A stretch of DNA of 62,000 nucleotides from Wallemia ichthyophaga EXF-994 (lineage: Eukaryota > Fungi > Basidiomycota). Where the stretch lies: NCBI RefSeq assembly GCF_000400465.1, contig NW_008806278.1:1-62000 (forward strand). Direction: 5' to 3'. Position 1 is the stretch's first letter, and the number at the start of each line of letters is the position of its first letter. Positions 45,172 through 56,582 of the stretch are shown piece by piece. Below the pieces are notes generated by a model. It did not search any database and was not told the DNA's origin. It saw nothing but the letters and a program-made list of their open reading frames with translations. The translations under genes were made by a program, and so were the position numbers.

Positions 45172-46787
45172 ATGACCATCATCTCCATCGACTTTGACGC
45201 CTTCTACGTGAGCTGTCATAGATCAATAGATCCCAGCCTGCGTGGCATTCCGTTCGCCGTGCAGCAGAAGCACATCTTGTGTACTGGTGAGCGCACTGGC
45301 TATCACCGAGTGAGTTACTTACGCCGTAATCTCAGTTAGCTACGAAGCCAGAGCGAGGGGCGTGAGTGTGCTGAGAGCTTTGCAGTGATCCCCTCACCAC
45401 TCACTCCACCCAGGTGAAGAAACTCGGCAGCCTGAGTGAGGCACGCAAGATATGTCCCGAAATACAGACGGTCAACGGCGAAGACCTTACGCTCTACCGC
45501 GCCATCTCTAGAAACGTATTCGCCTTCTTATCGGACTATCTCGGCACAGATACGCCCATCCAGAAGCTCGGTCTGGATGAATACTTCATAGACATCACGC
45601 GCGTCGCTGCGCAGCCGCGCGAGCAATGCGATAAGCAAGCGCAATCGCAATCTCATACACAAACTCACCTTGTCTGCGCTGAGAATCGCTTAACAGACAG
45701 CGAGGAGATATACGTGAGCATAACAGCGGACATACGCAGGCAGATCTATACACACTTCCAGCTCACCTGCTCAGCGGGTATCAGCAACTCCGTCATGCTC
45801 AGCAAGCTCGTCGGCAACCTCCATAAGCCAGATAATCAGACGCTGTTGAATGTGAGGAGCGACGCGGAGTTGCAGGCATTCCTCGATCCCTTCCCGCTGC
45901 GAAAACTACACGGTGGGTGGTACGCTCAGACCACACCCGCACCAAGCTGACTGCGTGCAGGTTTCGGTCGTGTGGTCGTCGACAGGCTCGCGAGTCTTTT
46001 GGGGTGCGAGAATGAGGATGATCTGACAGTGCACAGCGCCCGCACGCGTCTCTCGCTGCTAGACTTAGAAGAGGAGTTTGGCAGCAGATTAGGCGCGCGT
46101 CTATACCACAACTTGCGCGGTATAGACGAAACCGTTGTGAAACAGTCCGATATACGCCCACAGCAGATCAGCATCGAGGATTCCTCGGGAAAGATCGATA
46201 GTGCTGCAGACGCATGGGCGATGCTGGAGAGCGTGACAGAGAGACTGGTGCGCCGCTTGGACGAAGAGTACGCCACTGTCGATGGTGGTAGCGGTAGCAA
46301 TGGTAGATCTAGGAGTGTGTTCGAACTGCATCCGTCCCGCGTGAGGGTCAGCACACGCAGAACATCCACTATACCCAATACACGAGTCGCTGCTCATGTA
46401 CCTGAGTCGCTCAGCAGCGCTGTCGGTGTCTCGCTGTTTGATATCGACAGGTATACCATAGAAGAGCGTGCGAGGAGGTTGTGCAGAGAGTGTTTGTATA
46501 GCTTGACGAAGAAGCTGTACGACGCAGGTGTGGCACATGGCGCTAATAAACTGCGCGTGATTAATGTCGCTTTCACCGATTTCGTTAATGGTCCGCCACC
46601 TGCGCCGATCGACAAGATTATTAGGAGCAAGAAGAAGACGGAAGTAGTGCACTTGAGCAGCAGTGATGATGAGTCAGTTGAAGGAAGCGAGCAGGAAGAA
46701 GACGCGATAATTTGCCCTTTATGCCATGCTCAGCTGATGTCATTCACGGTAGAGTCACATATGCGATTCCACGAGCTGGGAGATTAG
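45172..46787 (+). CDS. Y-family translesion DNA polymerase, Pol iota-like, with C-terminal UBZ-like finger (3 introns)
   Basis: Spliced ISIDFDAFYV...AVQQKHILCTVSYEARARGVKKL; GEDLTLYR; LGLDEYFIDIT; SAGISNSVMLSKLVGNLHKPDNQT; CPLC...HMRFH. Confidence 0.88.
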
Positions 46788-47081
46788 AAGAGGCAGAGCA
46801 CAGAGCACAGAGTCAGAACACAGAAAACAGAGAACACGCCACCTTCCATATCGGAATCAATTTACAAATTCGGTTACAGACTTGGGACAAGCGAGAGCAG
46901 GAGACGATATTAAAACAGCATTTGCGCATTAATACAGTACTCAAAGCACTCCAATCCACAGCTCCGAATTGAATAAATTTTTAAAGTTGTGCCAAATTGT
47001 GGGCTGATCTGATCTTCTCGGTTAGAAAATACCTTTAAAATCGTTAAACATAAACACCCAGGACGGAATAATAAATAAGTA

Positions 47082-48053
47082 ATGGACGTAGCATTAGAGC
47101 TCTGCGACCACTTCTTCCTCGACTACACATACGCCAAGGTATTCCCAAAGACGCCGCTACCGACTTGTGCATACACGCCACTCGATGCACCCAATTGCAT
47201 CAGCGGTGTAAATGGGACAGTATCAGCGGCGGTAGATGGAGCACTACACTATGACCAGCTATCTCAATTCGGACGCGACTCAATCATTCGCCAAACGCTC
47301 TCACTTACCTTGCTCACATACGTCGGTATACATTTCCTCTATTTCCTCGCAGCAGGTCTGTCCTATCACTTTATATACGATAAGCGCGTAATGCGCCACC
47401 CTCGCTTCCTACCAAACCAACTCCGGATGGAGATAGACAGTAGTATGGCAGCTTTCGGTCCGCTCACACTAATGACGGTGCCGTGGTTCATTGCCGATGT
47501 GCGCGGTTGGTCGAAGCTATACGAAAACGTCAATGACCACTCGTGGTTTTATTTCGGTTTCTCTATTCTTTGGTTTTTGCTTTTTACCGATTTCTGCATC
47601 TATTGGGTGCACCGTATAGAGCATCATCCGATGTTTTACAAGTGGCTTCACAAGCCTCATCACAAGTGGCTGATTCCTACACCATTCGCAAGCCACGCGT
47701 TTCATCCACTTGATGGTTACTTGCAGTCGGTGCCGTACCATCTTTTCATATTCCTCTTCCCTCTACATAAGCTCCTATATCTCGGTTTGTTTGGGTTTGT
47801 GAATGTATGGAGCATACTCATTCACGATGGCGATATGCGTTGCGGCGGGTTTATGGAGAAGATTATTAATGGACCTTCTCACCACACTCTTCATCATCTC
47901 TACTTTACTGTCAACTACGGTCAATACTTTACTTTCTCAGATAGGGCATTCAAGAGCCATCGTGAACCACGTCCTGAACTCGACCCACTCAACCAAGTGC
48001 TCGAAAACGACGCGAAAGAAAAGGAGGAGAAGCAAGGCAAGAAGAGTATTTGA
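47082..48053 (+). CDS. ERG3: C-5 sterol desaturase, intronless
   Basis: His boxes YWVHRIEH, HKPHHKW, ASHAFHPLDG and HHTLHHLYFTVNYGQY; HPRFLPNQ motif. Confidence 0.95.
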   Translation: MDVALELCDHFFLDYTYAKVFPKTPLPTCAYTPLDAPNCISGVNGTVSAAVDGALHYDQLSQFGRDSIIRQTLSLTLLTYVGIHFLYFLAAGLSYHFIYDKRVMRHPRFLPNQLRMEIDSSMAAFGPLTLMTVPWFIADVRGWSKLYENVNDHSWFYFGFSILWFLLFTDFCIYWVHRIEHHPMFYKWLHKPHHKWLIPTPFASHAFHPLDGYLQSVPYHLFIFLFPLHKLLYLGLFGFVNVWSILIHDGDMRCGGFMEKIINGPSHHTLHHLYFTVNYGQYFTFSDRAFKSHREPRPELDPLNQVLENDAKEKEEKQGKKSI

Positions 48054-48235
48054 AGGAGAAGTTAGCACACTGCATATTTTCTATATTATTCCACGTTATC
48101 ACACCATCACGCTATCTATTTAGAAGACTGTTTATACCCAAAAGTAATATACATTTCATTTTTCGGTTTATGGTATATAAACTTGTGCGCGTGTGTTTTT
48201 GTGTGTTTGTGTGTTTATATAGGTTTGTGTTCCGC

Positions 48236-49629
48236 CTACTGCTGTCTGCTGAACACAGTGTATGCAGCTAACCCGAGCATAAAGATGCTAAGCAAGCCAA
48301 CGAATTTGTATGTTTTGCCCTGTAACAGAGGTTAGCTGAATGAGTCAAAAGAAACAAATTACTCACACCACTATCACTAGCACTCTTCTTCTCTTTAAGT
48401 TGGTATTTGGAGAGGACATGTGTCTGTTTTCTGTCGTATTCAGAGAGTATTTTACTGAGTTCTTCTGTGTGGGTGGAGCGCTGAGCGTTTAATGCATTTT
48501 CCCAACGAGAACGCCAATTAAGTGTACCACGCGCACTCTCCTCGAGTGCAGACAAACGCGAATCGTATTTATCCACCCTCGACGACATGTTTAGTTGGAG
48601 GTCGTGCATTGTCGACATTTCATCAGATAGTGTGCTCAACCGCGTGGCTAGAGAGGAGTTTTGTGAGACAAGTTCGGTGTATGAAGGGAGTTCGGTGTCA
48701 TTCGAGTGGTTTGAGTGGTTTACTTGGTTCGAAATTTCACTGTAATTATTCTGCTCACTCTGTTCAGGCGATGCACTAGGTTCGGGAGTCTTGGGTCTCT
48801 GAGTTGCGATGCTGTTGTCGTCGGAGGAGTCGAAGCTGTCATCGTTGTGATGCTGCTGATCCTTTTCCTTCTCACTCACATTGTCACTTCTCAACCTTCC
48901 ATCAAAGTTCTCGAATTTAGATCTAAGCGTGCTGTGCTCAGACTGAAGGAGCTCGTAATTCTTTTGCTGAGACTGAAGTTGCTGGCTGAAATGAGATATT
49001 TGCTGCTGTATAGAAGACACATCGATTGGGTTGTTAGCGAGACTGGCAGATGGTTGGTAATTAGTCGGCAGTTGCCCTCGAAGGGAGGAATTGATAGAGT
49101 TGAAGTCAGTGGAAATGTTTTGGAGGTTAGAGGAGATCTCTTTCGAAGATTTAATCTCCTGTTCGAGTTTATCAAAGCATTTATGAATACTAACTGAAGA
49201 TTGAGGTTGTTGGGATATTTGCTGTTGACACTCCAGATACTCATGCTCATTTGAAGCAATTAATATTTTAGAGGAAACCTTTCGATGAATAATTGTTTTG
49301 TTGTCGTCGCCGATGATATCAATACCAAATTCCAGTAAATTTCCCGGATTCAGCTGCACGGCAGAAGACTCAACACCTTCCAGACTTAGACGCTCATTGT
49401 TGAGGAAAGTGCCATTTGAAGATTTTAAATCGCGTATATAGACAACGGAAGCCTCTGACCATATTTCGGCGTGCTGGCGGGATAAAACTTTGGAATCAAA
49501 GTAACCATTGCCTTGGTTGGGTATTGTGCGTGCATTTGTCTGTCTACCAATTTTAATTTTATCATTTAAATGGATAATCTTCAATTCAAATGAATTATTC
49601 AAAGGAATTAAGAATATGTAATTTGACAT
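48236..49629 (-). CDS. FAR10: FHA, coiled-coil and tail-anchor protein of the Far10/Vps64/SLMAP type (STRIPAK), 1 intron
   Basis: FHA domain KIGRQTNARTIPNQGNGYFDSKVLSRQHAEIW...DLKSSNGTFLN...FGIDI; coiled coils; spliced tail GKTYKFVGLLSIFMLGLAAYTVFSRQQ. Confidence 0.85.
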
Positions 49630-49776
49630 GGTGTTTGACTTGGTGGGTCGGAGTGGGAGTTGAGTGTATGCGTAAATGAATGAAAAGCGTGTTTTATATT
49701 TAATTTGAATGATTTTATATCTTTGCCGGTAGCGACCACACGAATAATACAGTCACCCTCTTGAATTGATACTATT

Positions 49777-50771
49777 ATGACGCAGCGCAGACCTTCTCTA
49801 GACTCAACTGCGACTCACGAATCGTTCGCTGCTCGTCTTGGTGGGAAATTCAGAGATGCAATCACGCCGCATCTCCACCACGACGACGACGGCGAACAGC
49901 GCGGCAGATCATTCCTCACTAAGGGCAAGCAGGGTAATCCAGGTGAGTCTATTTCTTAATTTTAAACTCTGTGGCCCCGTTTCTCTACCTATCTTATCTT
50001 TCTCTGCCTATCTTTTTCTTTCTTATCAACCAATGATAAGATAGTAGATAACCACTCATTCTACTCCCACTCTCTCCCTCACACACACACTCATGCCCTT
50101 CTCAGAAAGATCAGATTCTCGCGGCAGAGATCCTATCGTTAGCACCGGTCGCGGCGGCGCTGGCAACCTCAGGGCTAGCTCCAGGACCAGATCCGCATAC
50201 GACAACGACGACGACGACAGAGGGCGTTCAACTCGCTCCGCCCATCCGCCTCCACCCAAGGCTGTCCACGCAGGCCGAGGCGGCGTCGGCAACGTCCGCT
50301 CTCCCTCCCGAGACCCTGCCGACCTGCGCAACCAGCAAGCTGAGCAGCAGCTCGAAGCCAAGCTCCAGCGCGAGGCGCACGAGAAAGCTGAACGTGACGG
50401 CATGTTACCAACCGGGTGGGTCTGCTTCTTTTGTGAGGTGTGTATAAAGCTGACTTTATATTTCCTCATTTAGTCGCGGCGGCGCTGGTAATATTAGAGC
50501 GGGCGGTGATCAACCCCCTACTAGCTCTGCCACCTCTTCCACCCCCTCCAGATCTAGGTCTCGCTCTAGGACTCGCGATCTCCTCCAGCGCGCTACCTCG
50601 AGGGACAGATCGACGTCGAGAGACGTGGCTTACAATCACAGCAGTAGCCATGTTAATGTCGGTGGCGGGGGAAACAGCTTTGGCAACGTCGCAAGCTCCC
50701 CTGCTCACCCGAATACTCACTCACCTCACGATATAGACGGCGATACCTCCCTGGCTGCTGTGAGAGAGTAG
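49777..50771 (+). CDS. DUF3602/Par32-like protein with GRGGAGN repeats (2 introns)
   Basis: STGRGGAGNL, HAGRGGVGNV, spliced TGRGGAGNI, and a degenerate GGGGNSFGNV; Arg/Ser-rich. Confidence 0.75.
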
Positions 50772-51048
50772 ATATACGTGATTCACGTGATTTGCTTATT
50801 TAATGTATCTTTTATATTACAACGCTGCGTTATTATTTTCTCATTTATCTTTGTGTTCAAGTTGAGTAAGTGTGGTGCTATTTGCCATGTGCTGCCGCTA
50901 CTCCAGCTACTCAATTATGCCAATCGGTATGCTAGCCCACGTTCTCATCTCATCACCGATTGGCATGACACAATTCCCAATCCAATTTCAAATTTCCAGC
51001 AGACGGGAAATGTGCGACAGGGTGGATTGCAGCTGACATGAGCAAGAG

Positions 51049-51055
51049 TATAAAA
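51049..51055 (+). promoter_or_regulatory. TATA box upstream of the CFEM gene
   Basis: TATAAAA about 55 nt before ATG 51108. Confidence 0.45.
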
Positions 51056-51107
51056 GACGGGCTGGGCATCGTCTCTTAGATTATAACATCGAAACGTCCA
51101 CCACGCA

Positions 51108-51978
51108 ATGCTCTCTATCAAATTCGCTGCCATCGCCGCACTGATTGCCTTGGCCCAAGCATCGCCACTGAGGCGCCACGACGACGGGCAAGGCCATCAA
51201 CAGGCGCAACAGGCGCTCGCATCCGGCGACCAGTGCTTGCAGAACTGCTTCCTTACCGCAATCGTCAGTGTTGGCGCTACAGCTGGCTGCAACAATGGGA
51301 ATGGTGGGTAATTGGTGAAAATTATCACTCACACACAACTCACACAATTCACGCACTCCAGACTACGCCTCTCAAGCCATCTGCTACTGCCGTACACCAG
51401 GGCTGGGCGACGCCTACTCGCGCTGTTTGGAGAGATGCCCCGCGGGCGACTTCGACCAGGGACAGCAGCTGCGCGATAAGGTGTGTGCTGCCGCGAATGG
51501 AGGCGGAAATCATGCGCACGAGAAAGAGGGGCACGACAAAGAGGGTCACCAGCATGAGCATGAGCATGAGCACGGTCATGAGCACAACCAGAAACCAGGT
51601 GTGCAAGTCGCCGGTATTATCGCCAGCTCTGTCCCGCAAGCTCAGGGAAATCTGGGGCAGTATGCGAGTGTCGCAAGTGCTGCTGGTGCTGCCAGTGCTA
51701 GTGCACCTACCCAAGCCACCCAAGCAACTCAACCTGAGACAGTAGCCGCTTCGACTACCTACACGTCCTCACAGACGGATTCGTACTCGCACGCTTCCTC
51801 CTCAGCCTCCTCAACCTCGTCGCAAACGTTCCTCACGCCGACTAAATCTTACTCTTCAACGGCCAGCCCTTCCAGTACGGTGAACGACCTCGATGATTTG
51901 GATAGCGGCGCTGTTTCGAGTCAAGTGAGCTGGAGTATCGCTATTGCGTCTACCCTTGTGCTCTGCTTTGTGGTGTAG
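51108..51978 (+). CDS. Secreted CFEM-like 8-Cys protein with His-rich linker, Ser/Thr stalk and GPI-type tail (intron 51304-51361)
   Basis: Signal peptide; spliced QCLQNCF...GCNNGNDYASQAICYC...RCLERC...KVC; HAHEKEGHDKEGHQHEHEHEHGHEH; tail SGAVSSQVSWSIAIASTLVLCFVV. Confidence 0.75.
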
Positions 51979-52214
51979 GAGGTGTAGCGGTGTCTCACTG
52001 ACTAATTTCACTCAACGCGATCACTTTCACTCTTACTCACTCTTACTCAATTCCCCGTCAACGGAATCGGATGGATCAACTGACGGCCTCTCTACTCTAC
52101 CACTCTACTAATAGCAAGACAAAATTCAAGTAAAAATTTAAAAGATGAAACAAAAAACGATATAATGATACAACATGATTCCTTTGTAGTACCTTAATAT
52201 GTTTAGTAATCAAT

Positions 52215-53339
52215 TCATTTAAGCGCATAAGTGAGGAGCTCGTTATATATCGGTTCGTTATGCTGGATAGCGTCCTCGACCTCTTTAGGCAACTCAATAG
52301 AATCACGCTTAACGGGTTTAAAACCGGTGCTATTCTGCGCGTCCTCGTGAAAACCTTTCCACTTATCGAACTCTCCAATACGCTGTGCCTTCCAATGGAG
52401 CATGTTCTCCTCGAACGGTATGCCGAGGGAGGTACAAAACGCTCTGAGAGTGTCCTCAGGAGCGTTGACCAAGTCGTCGCTATCAATCAGCGCGATCTGA
52501 CAATCATTGTAGAGATGCTTGATGTATTTCTGTGGTGCACCCGCGCATTCTTTGTCAGCACTCCCCCCACATATATACACACACACTCCCACTCACAACC
52601 ATCGCCAACAGCTCCGCAAAACCCGCCTCGTCTGGGTCAAAATCGCCAAAATCGCCGCAGTCGTTGTCGAGTATAGCACGGTAGTACGACGTAATCGCTT
52701 TGCGCGGCGAGCGGACCAAGAAGGCGTATCTGAATTCGCCAAGCTGCTCATCGGATAGGACAGTCGGGTTGATGCCTGCAAATGCCATCATCTCTGGCTT
52801 GACGAGGTCTACGAGGATGTCAGATGACACGAGTAGCCACCAAAGCCACAGTAGCCACAAATTCAACTCACAGCTAGCCATGTCCTTGATGAAGACCAGT
52901 CGCGTAGGGTCCTCAGCAGCCTTCCCTTTGATCTCATCGATGCGATTCTGGTACGTCGTGTGTGCATGGCCTGATTGCTCTCGCTGTGCGTCCGTGTAGC
53001 GCGTAGACAAACGCTCAGGACCGTAGTAGTATGGCTATGAAAGTATTTAGAGTTTGTTTGTTCAGTTTATCCCACCTACCTCCCCGAATGGCTTTGGAAA
53101 CGTAAATTAGTATGTCTCTAGATAACCTCCTACTCCTAACTCACCTCATGAAAACAGACGCAATTGGTACGCTGTATAAACGCCCTCTCGAGCGCTGTTG
53201 ATGTCGATCTGATTGATAGTTGTGAGATTGATTGTTCCTTGGATTTGTGGAGCGTAGCTTTCTGCGCCACAACGCTACAGCGCTACAAAGGTGCTCACCT
53301 CGGTACAGATAGTGTGAGGATTGGTTTATTGATTGTCAT
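52215..53339 (-). CDS. P-loop sulfotransferase-fold protein of unknown function (5 introns, 12-nt microexon 53080-53091)
   Basis: Spliced SVPRSTSTALERAFIQR...FHEPFGEPYYYGPER; FIKDMA; FLVRSPRKAITSYY; IDSDDLVNAPEDTLRAFC..LGIPFEENMLHW; FHEDAQNSTGF. Confidence 0.75.
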
Positions 53340-53704
53340 TGTAGATGTTGGTGTTAGCGCTGACGCTCAAACATTATTTTGCAGCTGACAAGTTTTATTA
53401 ATATTGCCCTGATGACCTCAGTATCTAGGCATCTTTAATCTTTGTGTGTGCCGCAGTGTGATTATCGTGGACTTTAGAGTATACACCGTATACGATTCGT
53501 TGGCACATTTGCACATTGCCTGCCAAAATTTTCACGCACCCCAATTCCTCAAAAGTGTAAGAATTAATCATCGTAATGCTACAAAGTATCCGTTTATTTG
53601 CGTTTTGGCAGCACAGGTTGTGCATTTTGTCTGTTTTCTATTTTTGTACATTTTGAAGTCAAAGAGTGCGCGAGTGGAGTGAGAGAATGGTATACGAGTG
53701 GCTT

Positions 53705-55189
53705 CTACGTTGCGGCAGAATTATCCGCACAAGAGAACGGAGAGCCAACGGTACCGTCATCGAACGACTGCTTGATCCCGACAATTGTACCGTACGCGCC
53801 AGATACACAGAGGAATGCGCCTAATGTGATGAGGAAGATGGCCCAAGCTAACTTACATCTGAAGAAGAGCGAGGTGTTTGTTTTGATATTGTGGCGATTT
53901 ATATCGAGCCACATCATCGCGGGCAGACCGATGCAGAAAAGTGAAGCGAACAGGCTACCGACGAGTCCGAGAAGGGAGTCAAAGAAGGGAATTGCGTTTG
54001 CGACGACGAAGCAAAACACCACCACACAAGCTACCGTGCCGAGCCACACTCCCCAGTGGATCATAGTGGGCTCGACGAGATGCTTGGTACCTCTCATCAT
54101 CCTCACGAAGACCTGCTTGCTGGCGAAATGTGCGTAAAGAAGTCCAGAAACGAGAAGAGCGGGGATGGAAATACCGTAAGAGATCTTCTGGAATATCTCA
54201 CCAGCCGTACCGAGGGCGGGAGAGGTGATGTATTGTCCGCCGTAGTACCAGAGGATGATACTGGTGATAAAGTAGAATGCGACACTAAAAACCTGCTGCG
54301 AATGAACAGCCTTATAATAGTCACGTTCAGGGTCACGCATTTCCGAGTAAATGGCTGGGTAAGAAGGAGTGCCTGCGTAAGCAAAGAGAATATTGACTAC
54401 TGCGTTCATAGAGCTTGCAAATCCGGCGGAAGGCCCTGCAGACAGCTTCTTGTCGAATACAGCAGCCTCGTTGCCTTTAGCGGGACCAGCTTGAGCGGTT
54501 GCAATAACAACTATCATTACAGACACGACAATGCAGAACATGGCCACCCAGCCTGCCCAAGATATGTGGTCGAGCTTGCGCATTGTTGCAACGATAAAGA
54601 CAGCAACAGCCGCTATGCCGACGTACCCCACAGTACAAATACGCATACCCTCGCCAAGCGTGTTGAAGGCGATGGAGAGTGAGAGCATCGAGGAGGCCGA
54701 AATAAGCGTCATGAAGAGAAAGTAGCAAATGGAGATAATTGTGAAAGCGATGTTACCAACGACGCCTTTTCCAAATAATACGTGCGATGTGTCTGGCGTC
54801 GAATGCACCGATGGATGGGCTTGTTTAAATTTACCAGACGTATGATTCGACCACGCCGTGATCAAACCGAGGCCAAAGAGGACAACAAGGCCAACAGCCG
54901 CACCAAGCGTCTGCAGGGCAGCTGGAATAGACAGCACACCTAATCCGATTTGGGTCTGTGTGATGTTAGCGGGTGCTAAAAACACAGACTAATACGATAG
55001 ACTGACCTTGGTCATTACAACACTCGCTCTAATCCAACCAGTGGTTCTAAAGTTGGTGACATTCTCTGAGGATCCATTCACTGCGAAGACATCCTTCTCG
55101 CCGCTATCCTCGACATCGCGCACGACGGTGGAAGACACTGGCTCCTCTGCCTTGTAATCATTGCTTTTGTCTGAAACGTTTGTGGACAT
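53705..55189 (-). CDS. Amino-acid permease, Aa_trans/Mtr family (1 intron)
   Basis: NFRTTGWIRASVVMTK/TQIGLGVLSIPAALQTLG; AYAGTPSYPAIYSEMRDP; about 11 hydrophobic segments; SPFSCADNS ending. Confidence 0.9.
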
Positions 55190-55453
55190 GTTGATAGTTG
55201 TAAGATAACCCCGCACTCGATTTACTCACAAGCGATTCACTCGCTCGCTAAGAGACACAATCACTGATAACATGACCCGCGTTTACGCGAGGAGATATCT
55301 GCTGTTTTATTTGGTGATTTGCAGACCCAGGAATGCTTATGTAGTCTATCAAGCTCTTAGTCTCATTTCAATCCCATAACTCTGCCTTCTTCGTCCGGGA
55401 CTTCGGAGACATAAGACATCAGGAACTCCACTCTATAAATCTCTCGTTTCCAT

Positions 55454-55480
55454 CTTATCAGCTGATATAGTGTGCTTATC
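55454..55480 (-). promoter_or_regulatory. Paired GATAAG sites upstream of the amino-acid permease (possible nitrogen GATA-factor sites)
   Basis: CTTATC at 55454-55459 and 55475-55480, with further HGATAA at 55203 and 55265, in the longest intergenic region of the window. Function is inferred. Confidence 0.3.
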
Positions 55481-55820
55481 ATCACCAGATACCGCCACCT
55501 CACTTGACTGAATCACGCCTCTACTCCTGTGCCAAAAGCTAAGTCTGTGATTGTACACGGGTAATATACGCACATATCTCTGTAGTATGTGCAGCCTTTT
55601 CAAACCTCAATTCCTTCCATTTCCGGTAATACTACAAGTGCCACAGCTGGTGAAATCTTTCCGCGATTATATCGGAAATTTTATTTCCCAGGGACACCTT
55701 GCACTCTATTCAGCACTGAATTTAAGCGTAAGTAGCAGTGGATCCGATGCACTTCACCTCCGCACACACCCGCAAAAGACGGGAAAGATAAATAAATGAT
55801 GTAAATACATATTCACAAGG

Positions 55821-56544
55821 CTAGCTACCCAGGTTATTAAGGCCACCTTGAGTGCCAGCTATTTTCTTATGGTCGGAGGGGTTGGCTGGGTTAATGGGTG
55901 GTGAGTGATATTCAAAGCCCTCAAAATACACCTACCAAATGCCTCATAAGTCGTTATGACAGGCTCACTCTTAAGCTCCGTCCAGCTCCCTTTGAAGCCA
56001 ACAAAGAAAATTTGAGTGACGTCGGCGCCAAAATTATCAGCGAAAAAGAGAGTGAGATGGGTAGATGAGTTAAATTTGGCTATTCTACGGAGTAATTACT
56101 GGGTCAGTCGTGATATTCTACTGAAATCACTACCCACTTCACTGGATACTCGATACACTCGGAGCTCTCGACTAACTCGATGGTCTGCGTGGGTGCTGGC
56201 TCATTATCGAGGTCGCCGAAATCAAGAAATTGATTAGCGTAGATTTTCAGCGTCCGCGGCGCCTTCTCTCCAAGACCACCCTTCACCAGGACCGACTTGA
56301 GCTTGACGGAGGCTGTGAAGGGCACCCTCAGTACCAGCTGTTCATCTGCATCGCTGTGGAGTGATACGTCCATGTCATCGCGCTGATCCCACTCCTTTAT
56401 CACGTCACGCGGTGGCACGCTCTCGTCAGTGTTGAGGGACGTCACATTAGGCCGGTCGACGACGCCAAAGAGATTCTCGTGGTCTACGCCGCTGCTAGGA
56501 TGTGGGTCGTGTGTGTGGTTGGAATCGTTGCAACTGCAGCTCAT
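55821..56544 (-). CDS. PITH domain protein, PITHD1-like (2 introns)
   Basis: SDADEQLVLRVPFTASVKLKSVLV; APRTLKIYAN; spliced KIAKFNSSTHLTLFFADNFGADVTQIFFVGFKG; VITTYEAFANPSDHK. Confidence 0.88.
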
Positions 56545-56582
56545 CGTTGTGGCAAGTCACGACAGCTACCACGATCACCACC

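Noticed and set aside
47030-47060. Sterol-response element upstream of ERG3 (TCGTTAAA)
   Set aside because: Only a partial match to Upc2-type sites, at chance level.
55415-55490. Possible C/D snoRNA on the minus strand (GTGATGA...CTGA)
   Set aside because: No terminal stem and no rRNA-complementary guide that I can recognise. The words overlap the GATA sites of the permease promoter.
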